From positions 33,728,001-33,792,000 of the forward strand of contig NC_043005.1 of assembly GCF_006345805.1 (NCBI RefSeq): 64,000 nucleotides of DNA, in the 5' to 3' direction. A program made the translations under genes and the position numbers. The DNA is from Octopus sinensis. Lineage: Eukaryota. Within the stretch, counting starts at the first letter, position 1. Each line of letters opens with the position of its first letter. Shown piece by piece: positions 55,038-64,000 of the stretch. The notes under the pieces are model-generated. The model saw only the letters and a program-made list of their open reading frames with translations. It was not told where the DNA came from and made no database searches.

Positions 55038-55569
55038 GGGGCTGTACTGGTTCTGACTTCTATAAACATAATAAAAAAAACAATGCTGTCTAAACCTCCA
55101 GAAAGCTTTCAGTGCTTGGTACTGTAGAGAGGTGGAAGGTATTAAATGAATAAATGATGAGTATCTTCATGGATGGATCTACCTCTTATGGTTAGATACT
55201 GATTCTACAGTGAAAAGTGAACTGAGAAACAAGATTAACAATAATGTCTACATACAAAACACAATGTCCAAAGAAGAATTCAACTGAAGAACTGCTTCAT
55301 CCAATATAATGTCCATTTAGAGTCCCATGGTCTAGTACTGCAGACACTGGGACACTTCATTTCTTCTTTTAACTATTACTTGTTTCAGTCAATGGATCAC
55401 AGCCATGCTGGAGCATCACCTTGATGGGTTCAGTCAAATAACTTAACCCCAGTACTTATTTTTAAGTCTGGTACTTATTCTATCAGTCTCTTCTGTCAAA
55501 CCACTAAGTTATTGGTTAAACAAACTAGCACTGGCTGTCAAGTGGATGGGAGATACAAACACAAACACA

Positions 55570-55609
<40 letters not shown>

Positions 55610-55842
55610 CACACACAAAATGGGCTTCCACATAGTTTCCATCTACCAAATTCACTCATAAGGGTATGGTCAGTTCAGGATTATAGTAGAAGACATTTAC
55701 CCAAGTTGACATGCATGGAACTGAACTCAAAACTGTATGGTTACAAGCTAGCTTCTTAACCATGCAACGAATCTAAAAGAAATTTTTTAAATATATTTCT
55801 TCCATCTCTAAAACATTTTTGACAAAACAGAGTAAGACCCAC

Positions 55843-55911
55843 CTTTATTACAGGTATCTGCACATTAATCCTTGGAAAAATTGTGGCTCCTCCAAGAGTA
55901 ACATTGGACAT
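55843..55911 (-). CDS. P4HA: P4HA-B exon (equivalent to A exon 11)
   Basis: TTCTAG|MSNVTLGGATIFPRINVQIPVIK|GTGGGT. Confidence 0.95.
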
Positions 55912-57634
55912 CTAGAAGAGAGAAAGAAAAATGGTAAAAGAAGCAGGAGAAAAAAAAGAAAAAGAAAATTGTGAATATTTCATTGAAGAATTTAGGGGTT
56001 ATTTCTAGTAGTCATTTTTAGTAGTTGTTGCAGAAAGGATGTGGTGATATTCGTGATACTGGGTGGGGGTAGGGTGGGGGTGATGGTACTAGTGGTGATG
56101 ACGGTGCTGGCGGTGGTGGTGGTGGGGTGGGGCTGGTGCTGGTGATGGTAATGGTGGTGGTGCTAATGGTGGCAGTTGTATACACACCAGGTCATTTATT
56201 AAGTGTGTGTTTAACCCTAGTGATTGTCACACCTATTTTACTTCTTTAATTAAAGACTGGACAACCAAAACAAACCAATGTGATTGCTGTTAGTACACAT
56301 CCACTAGATACAACAAACTCAATGTTATAGAAATGGTACATTCCTGAAAATATTGGTTTTAAATTTTGGTACAAGGTCAGCAAATTAGGGGTGGGGTTCA
56401 AATGGTACTTATTTTATCAACCCCAAAAAGGAGGAAAAGCAAAGTTGACCCCAGCAGCATTTGAACCCAGAATGTAAAGACATGAAATGCAGCTAAGAAT
56501 TTTTGTCTGGCATGCTAATGATTTTGCCAGCTTGCTGCCTTAAACATTCTTCAAAATATTATGGTAACATTGAATTCCATAATTTGAAAGATCCTTCTCA
56601 TCAACTTCCATTTTACATAGATTACTAGGAAATAGGTTTGGTATCATAGACTTCAAGATTTTCAGGAATACATTTTCACAATTGAGGTGACGTCTATCTG
56701 TGACAATTATTCTTGACAATTTTGGTAATCTCATCGGAAGAAGTTTTAATTTTGTGCTTTTAGTTATGCAGGTATTTTGAAAATACCTCACGTAGTGATG
56801 ACTGTGCCCTGCATAGTTTCAGGTTGCTCTTAGGCAAGGCATAGCACCCATTCAGCCACCCTTAATGGTGAAGTCATGGGACTGCAGCATGGCAGATTGT
56901 GAAGAGGTAGCAGAAGAACTCAACTGAGCCAGTGGTGCTTCTTACATTGATACTGATCAGAGGAATCCTAGAAGATCAAAGGTCAGGATCACCAAACCCT
57001 ATCAAGAGAGTAACTGTAATGCATCCACAGGGGTGGTATCCATGATTGTGTAATCATCTAATAAAAGAGTAATGCTTTTACTCAAGTTCCCAATTCTAAT
57101 TCATAATAATGGAATTGGATGGTGACAGAGAATCATGGAAATCTGTGAAAGCAACGAAAAAGTTTTAAATAACAAGAGGGGTAAAAAAAAAGGTTGTTGA
57201 CTGCATTTTGTAAGGAAAATGTATCTTTTTTATTTGTAACATAAACTATTTAACATTTTCACCTTCTTTGACATCTTCAAGGTGTCACAAACCAATGGGA
57301 GGCATCTCAAGGGGAACACTTGACCTGCTAGAAATATCAGCCAAAATTTTCCACAAATCACACCCATCTGGAAGGAAGGTTCATCCAATGACGTGCTTTT
57401 ACAAATCTCTAAAATATAGGGTGACCACAGCTGGAGTACTTTTGATCATAGGTCTGTTTGATAAGAGCTAAAATGGGTCTAAGCACCCCACCACCATCAC
57501 CACAACAAATAACAACAACAGCAGCAACAACAACAATGGCAATAACAACAACCACAAAGTATTTTCAAAGCTTATTATTAAGTATTTAATTACTCTATCC
57601 AACCCCAAAAATGTCTATTAAAGCTGTGACTCAC

Positions 57635-57715
57635 ATAAAGCATCCATGTAGCTATACGATCTCCAGAACCAATGAGGAATTGACTGGCAGATTTTTCCAA
57701 CTGTTCCTTGGATTC
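57635..57715 (-). CDS. P4HA: P4HA-B exon (equivalent to A exon 10)
   Basis: ATCCAG|ESKEQLEKSASQFLIGSGDRIATWMLY|GTGAGT. Confidence 0.95.
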
Positions 57716-58186
57716 CTGGATAATGAATTAAAAAAAAAGTCATGCTAGATAGATATACCAAATGATATAAACACACACACACACACACACATGACTGGCT
57801 CCTTTCAATTTCCATTTACTAAATCCACTCACAAGACTTTGTTCAGTAGTGGGACTAAAGTAGAAGACACTTTAAGATTCCATGTAGTGGGACTGAACCT
57901 GAAACCATGTGGGAAGCAAACTTCTTAACTACACAGCCCTGCCAGTGCCTTCATTGTATAATTTTATTCTTCTACATCTTACATCTAAATGATGTTGAGG
58001 CTGACTTCCTTATTGATCAGTAAGCATCATTAATAATTTAATTTGTTTCAGTCAGTCAACTATGTCCCTTCTCTATAAGTGTTGGCCATGTGTGTCAGGT
58101 ATGGAAGATATCTTTAAACAGATCTAGATGAACAACTGCTTTGAAATATTTGAAGAAAATGAAAACAAAACCAGTCAAATACTTAC

Positions 58187-58237
58187 AAAATAATCAACAC
58201 GTGGCTCATGCATTCCTCCTAGACCATAATTCAGAAC
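58187..58237 (-). CDS. P4HA: P4HA-B exon with the HxD motif altered to RxD
   Basis: TTCTCAG|VLNYGLGGMHEPRVDYF|GTAAGT. Confidence 0.95.
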
Positions 58238-58429
58238 CTGAGAACAAAACATCAACCAAAAGCATTAATATATATATACTTTAAAGATTGAAGTTGTGTA
58301 AAGCTGGAGCAATGCAAGAATGTACAAAGTAAATTAGAAAAGGAAAAGAAAACAGAACAAAGTTGTAATTTTACCTTGTATTTCTATATTTCGGGTTGAA
58401 GACCCTTTCTTCTGATCATTTGGAAAAAC

Positions 58430-58935
58430 AGTAGTTGGAAAAGGCTGTTGCTCAGATGAGGGGTAAAGGATCATTAGTGCCTCCCTCCATCTTCCCACAT
58501 GGCCTCAGACTCAACACAGAGGCTTACATCAAGTGGCTAGAGGAGGTAGTGCTGCACTGGGTCAAGAGGGTAGCTACTGGAAGACCCTGCATCTGGCAAC
58601 AGGACTTTGCACCATGCCACACAAGCAGGAGAACCCAGTAATGGCTGTCAGATAATTTCTGCCACCATATCACACCTAACATCTGGTCACCTAGCTCCCC
58701 AGACTGCAACCTCCTTGATTATCATGTATGAGTGCAACTGAGTGAGAGACCAACAAAACTCCTTGTAACACCAAAAATGAACTGAAGGTAAGGATTATGG
58801 CAACATTCACCAATTTAAACAAGAAGACAGTCCAGAAGAGTTGTGGGATATTCTGAAGTCATCTGAGGCCGTGGTTGAAGCCAATAGCGATTTTATTGAA
58901 TAAATTTACTCTTTAGTTTTTAAAGATATTTTAAA
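58430..58935 (+). mobile_element. maT/DD37D transposase fragment
   Basis: WQQDFAPCHTSRRTQ*WLSDNF...SPDCNLLD gives 37 residues between the Asp residues; same family as 9889-11135. Confidence 0.8.
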
Positions 58936-60236
58936 TGGTATAGTGTGTCATAGAAACTGTCCATATGTACAAAGTAGTAAGAGAATAAAAGGGTGTATGT
59001 ATATTATTTTTCATGGAGAATAACATCAAACATTATATATATTTCACACACACACGTACACACATACACACATACAAGCATACATACAAACATGTACATA
59101 TGGTGGTGCTCCAATATGACCACAGCTACATGGTTGAAATGAGTAAAGGAGTAAAAGAGTATATGTGCAAACATACATACACACACACATATGTGCATAT
59201 ATACACACATATGTGCATATACACACACGCATACATACACAGACATACACATACATGCATATATAACTATATACATATTGACATTCATACATACATATAT
59301 CTATAAATATACATACATACATACATACACACATATGTACATATAAACATATATATACTTATGTACATGCAGGCATACATATTTACACACATATGTATGT
59401 ACACACATCCAATACATTGGGACAGACATGAAAAAGTATGTACTGTCATCGATTTCAGCTGCCCTGATGATGTGAATATCCCTTTGAAAATCAAAGAGAA
59501 AGAGGATAATTATGGACAACTGCTTCGAAACCTCCAGCTTCCATATCCAGATTATAAAATCACATTTATACCAATAATAATTGGTGTACTTGGTTTTGTG
59601 AGTAAATGCCCAAGTGACAAGCTGGATAAGCTAGAGTAGTTGTTCTCAACCATTTTTTATCTGTGGACTCCTTTGATTACTAATCTATTGTGGTTGACTC
59701 CTAAAGCTATTTGAAGTGTAAAAACTAATTTTACAGACACTCATTTCTAAATTCCTATTTTGTTTTTCACACAATAACTTGTGTTCAGTTGATCTATGTA
59801 AAATGTTTGGGAAAGAAACCTAACTGTTTCTTCAATAAATACATATAAAGCAAAAGTTTTTCATGGACCCTTACAATACTATTGTGGATCCCTAGTTTAC
59901 TATTTTGCTTGTATGGACCCTCCTCCACCCCCAATTTTATACGGACCCTGGTTGAAAATCACCGAGCTAGAGTTTTCAGAAAAAGAAATCAACCAGCTAA
60001 TTCACATATTACAAAGATGACATATTGAATATTGTGGTCTTAGATAGAAATTTCTTGAAGAAAAAAAATGGAAGAGTTGTGGCTTCAATATTTGACCCGG
60101 GGCTCAACAACAACAACAATAACAGCAACAACAATATCATCAACAACAACAACAGTGAACATGTATGAATATAGAAAGAGACTAATTCTAAGAGTAATAA
60201 TGAATGTTACAAGAATCTGTGTTAAGTTGTCCTTGC

Positions 60237-60351
60237 CTGGAGTGGTTCTGCATTCGAAACAAAAACTTTAAGCTGAGTGTTTAATCCAGTGATACTTCCA
60301 ATTCTGTGGGACAACCTGCGTAAAACTGGGTCTGAATCCCATAACCAAGCA
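60237..60351 (-). CDS. P4HA: P4HA-B exon (equivalent to A exon 8), followed by a GC donor
   Basis: TTGCAG|AWLWDSDPVLRRLSHRIGSITGLNTQLKVFVSNAEPLQ|GCAAGG. Confidence 0.94.
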
Positions 60352-60384
60352 CTGCAACATATACCATCAATATTAAAAAAAAAA

Positions 60385-60555
60385 CAGGATTATACATAAT
60401 CAACTTAAAATACTGGATTATACAGGATTAACATAATACTAGAATATACAGGATTAACATAAAACTGGATTATACAGGATTAACATAATACTAGAATATA
60501 CAGGATTAACATAAAACTGGATTATATAGGATCAACATGAAAGCTGGATCACAGA
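60385..60555. repeat. About 26-bp tandem repeat (51-bp dimer), about 6 units
   Basis: ctggattatacaggattaacataa(t)a alternating with ctagaatatacaggattaacataaaa. Confidence 0.9.
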
Positions 60556-61363
60556 GGACAAAAAGAAGTGATCATTTGTACCACATGAGAACATGCACAC
60601 ACACACATGCAAGTACATGCATACACACATATACACAAGCACATGCACATGCACAAATGCACGTACACACATGCACACACACACACACAAACACACGTAC
60701 ACACACACATGTACATACATGCACATTTGTAACTCTGGTAGAATGTGTTTGATGTAGGCACAGCCTGCTACCTAACTAATTCAATATATTAATTAATAAC
60801 ACTGTAACAAAATTTTAATTTTTTTTTTTGTCTTTGGTCAGTAAGTGTTATTTCATATTTGATTCTAACTAGAATTCAAAGGAATTGACTACTATTCCAT
60901 TCAAGCTTCATTTTCGTGATCTAGACATCAATGTTTTGAAACTGACCTATTTTCCATTACATTTCACACACATTCATCACTGAGTTACTGAAGCAGAAAA
61001 ATCTTTACAGCAAATATTCTGCTCAATATCACAGATTTGCTAATCAGTTGCTTGATCTTATTCACTGGAGCATGTCCCTCGGTGGCTGATAATATGTGCA
61101 TCTCTAATCACAAGTAGAAGTGGTAGGGGAAGTACTATAGCCATGTGTTGAGAAGGATTCTTTGAGGTTTGAATGAATTTTGTAACAAAAGCAAAGTTTG
61201 AAGGAAATGATGGCCATTTTTCATACTTTATAGGGGTATGCAAATAGGAAATAACAGTTGTTACCCAAGAACAAAAACATGTTACACAGTGTAATATCGT
61301 ACTTAGGAGGTGCATTGCCCCAGGATTATTAAACCGATTAAATGGATAAAAATTGTTTTTTAC

Positions 61364-61431
61364 CGTTGACTTATAATGTCTGTTTTCATGCCCTGAATGA
61401 TGTCATCATCACCAACTTTGGAGCTGTAAAA
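61364..61431 (-). CDS. P4HA: P4HA-B exon (equivalent to A exon 7)
   Basis: CTTTAG|FYSSKVGDDDIIQGMKTDIISQ+CG|GTAAAA; phase 2 matches the next exon. Confidence 0.8.
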
Positions 61432-62148
61432 CTAAAGATAAAAACAATTTCCTAAATTATTACATGTTTACAAACTTCTTGGGGAAGTATTTCATTGATT
61501 TAACTGTCCCCACCCCACTCCAGCTACCATCAATACTTGATTGGGATTTATTTGATCAAACTCCAGAAAAATATTAAAAGACATACTAAACCTATGTGGG
61601 ATTTAAACTCAATACTGCAAATAATTCTGTCCAAGCTTGACCCGTTTTGCCAACTATTGCCTTATATTACTACTACTACAAATAATAATAATGATTTCAA
61701 TTTTTTGGTCACAAGGGCAAATTGGGGGAAGGGATTAAGTTGATTACATTGATCCCAGTGAATAACTGGTTCTTATTTAATCGACCCCGATGAAAGGCAA
61801 AGTCAACCTTGGCAGAATTTGAACTCAGAACATAAAGATGGACAAAATACCTATTTCTTTACTACCCACAAGGGGCTAAACACAAAAGAGACAAACAAGG
61901 ACAGACAAACGGATTAAGTCGATTATATCGCCCCCAGTGCATAACTGGTACTTAATTTATCGACTCCAAAAGGATGAAAGGCAAAGTTGACTTCGGCGGA
62001 ATTTGGACTCAGAACGTAACGGCAGACAAAATACGGCTACGCATTTCGCCCGGCATGCTAACGTTTCTGCCAGCTCGCTGCCCTTTGGACAAAATACCAT
62101 TAAGCATTTCACCCGGCATGCTAATGATTCTGCCAGCTTGCTGCCTTG

Positions 62149-62149
<1 letters not shown>

Positions 62150-62191
<42 letters not shown>

Positions 62192-64000
62192 TTTCTTTTA
62201 TTTGCCACCAAGGCAAAGGATGAGGGGACAATACAAAGACAGACATAAAGTGTGGGGGTTTACATATAATGGCATGATACAATAAAAAGTATACATGGTA
62301 TACATTAGAAGAAGGGAAGTATACATAGTATAAGACACTAGAAAAAGATGGGGAAAAAAGGATTATGATGTGATCCCCCTGATTCAAGAGGACCTCTAGG
62401 GATAGTCAAGGAACCCCACCATCCAAGACCATGCTGAATACCAAGGACAAGAGCTCTCTCCAGCTTCTTTCTTCTGACTCACAGGTCTACACTGAGAGTG
62501 GTGCCATCCACTCTTGCCATTTTTGCAGCTTTCACCCACCCTTTCATGAATTCATTTGAAGACAGCTCCTCCCTTTCCACCCTCACTTTCCTTTTCAAGT
62601 GAAACTTGTAAAAGTCGATGAGGGTTTTACCAAAGAGGAAAGTTTCTGTCCTCATTCCTTTCAGCCTCGTCCACCAGATAACCTATTTCACCACAGCCAC
62701 CAAACTGACTTGCCAGCCTGATTAAAGGAGGGCAGCGGCACAATCATCATTATGGACTAGACAACAAACTGATCTGTCCTACATGTGACAGCAGCCATTT
62801 GACATAACTCCACAAGTCAGCAATACCTGGACACTGAACGAGTGCATGCAGAATGGTTTTGTCACTCTGCGAGCACCTTGAACAAGCTCAACTGACAGTA
62901 CATTCGTACCTGTAGAATTTATCTCAAACCATTAGCACCCCACCTATAGCACCCCCACCCATAACAGTCCTCGATTGGAAAGTCGTTGCACTTCTCCACC
63001 AATCCTGCTGCCCGACTTGTAGAGGACAGTGAGTGCCAGACAACATTCTAAGTGCCAGGCACCCAGTCTCGGCCTATCCTTTACCCATGACTGCAGCTCA
63101 CAAATGGAGCCCACACACATTCACCTTCTAAAAATCACTGCAGGTGGTGCAACCCAAGTGAGTGCCCGCACATTAAAATCCATGGCATGCCTAAGCTGCC
63201 AAGCAAAGGAAGTTGGCAGCAGATCAACCGCCTGACCATTGGAACACATCCTTTCCACAAGAAAATAAACAGGATATACTCCAATCTAATCAAGCAGTAA
63301 CTGGTGCAAGGCACAGCAGTCAGAAATAAATAAAGACAGAGACGATGTAGGCATTTACTACTGCTGCCCAACCTTTCAGGGACAACTTCCTCTCTGCCCA
63401 TTTCTAGTTAAGAATAGTCACTCTGTTCATCACCTCTTCCCAATTCAACTGATCTAAATTGATTAAGACCCCACCAAAGCCAGCTTTAGTCTCAGCCCTC
63501 TCTATGATGGAGGTTGTCGTGGATAGACCTGCTCAGAATTGCACACGTTTGTGCTTCCCTGACCAGACTACCAATGACAAACTGCAACCTTGATTTTGCA
63601 GCTGTTGATCTTGTTCTTGCAGTTTTTGTTGGAGTGGTTGTGAATTGTGTTGCAGTTGTGGTTTCAGAATAAGATTTTGTTGATTTCTTGGAGTAGGGCT
63701 ATGTACACTCCTCCTCTTTCACCTACCCCCTTTTGTCACTGTGATCCATTGATCATTCAGCTCTTCCCTCTCCATGTCATTGCAGTTGATGTTGGTTTGG
63801 TCAGAAAAGCATTCAGGAGAAACTTGCTTTTTTGTGGCAACCGGGGGTAGACCCCTTCTTTGTCTTGGTTTGGGAGTGGGTGTGCGCGTGGGTGTGGGAG
63901 AAGGTGTAGGAGTCTTATACACTTGCTTATGATTTAGCACTTGTGGTACTTGTAATGTTAGTTGTGGTAAGACTTTATTTTTCTTTGTTTCAGAGCAGGA
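62150..64000 (-). mobile_element. Internally deleted L1/Tx1-like LINE (ORF1 end, endonuclease, ORF2 C-terminus, 3' UTR, (ATT)n tail)
   Basis: FHLKRKVRVERE...MARVDGTTLSVDL* C-terminus at about 62470-62620; AATAAA then an (ATT)n tail at 62150-62205; Pro/Thr-rich ORF1-like segment at 63719-63940. Confidence 0.7.

Noticed and set aside
56540-56791. 83-aa minus-strand ORF in a P4HA-B intron
   Set aside because: No recognisable domain; the neighbouring P4HA-B exons join in phase without it.

Overview
AT-rich, microsatellite-saturated animal genomic DNA. The repeat families and gene structure point to a coleoid cephalopod, most likely Octopus (inference from recalled repeat sequences, not a search). 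By translating between splice signals I reconstructed two tandem, minus-strand, multi-exon prolyl 4-hydroxylase alpha-subunit (P4HA-family) genes, which the ORF track captures only in fragments. Paralog A is complete: 13 exons, 44145 to 8052, about 547 aa. Paralog B shows only its last 7 exons (61431 to 52322) and continues beyond the window. Each carries a single-base catalytic-domain lesion: A has a 1-nt frameshift in exon 11, and B has His->Arg at the first iron ligand (EPRVD instead of EPHxD). A also lacks the canonical peptide-binding tyrosines and has a partial duplication of exon 6. B uses a GC-AG intron. Introns and spacer hold decayed Gypsy, Tx1/L1, RTE, Helitron, maT, mariner, Tc1, pogo-type MITE and Chapaev3-like elements, plus three SINE families. 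There are several template-switch-type rearrangements: a nested double palindrome at 39.3-40.1 kb, an inverted transposon end, and microhomology-flanked duplications. One unexplained ORF remnant with a downstream mini-hairpin array sits at 50.6-51.2 kb. Single-base lesions cannot be told apart from assembly errors without reads. Repeat boundaries are approximate.
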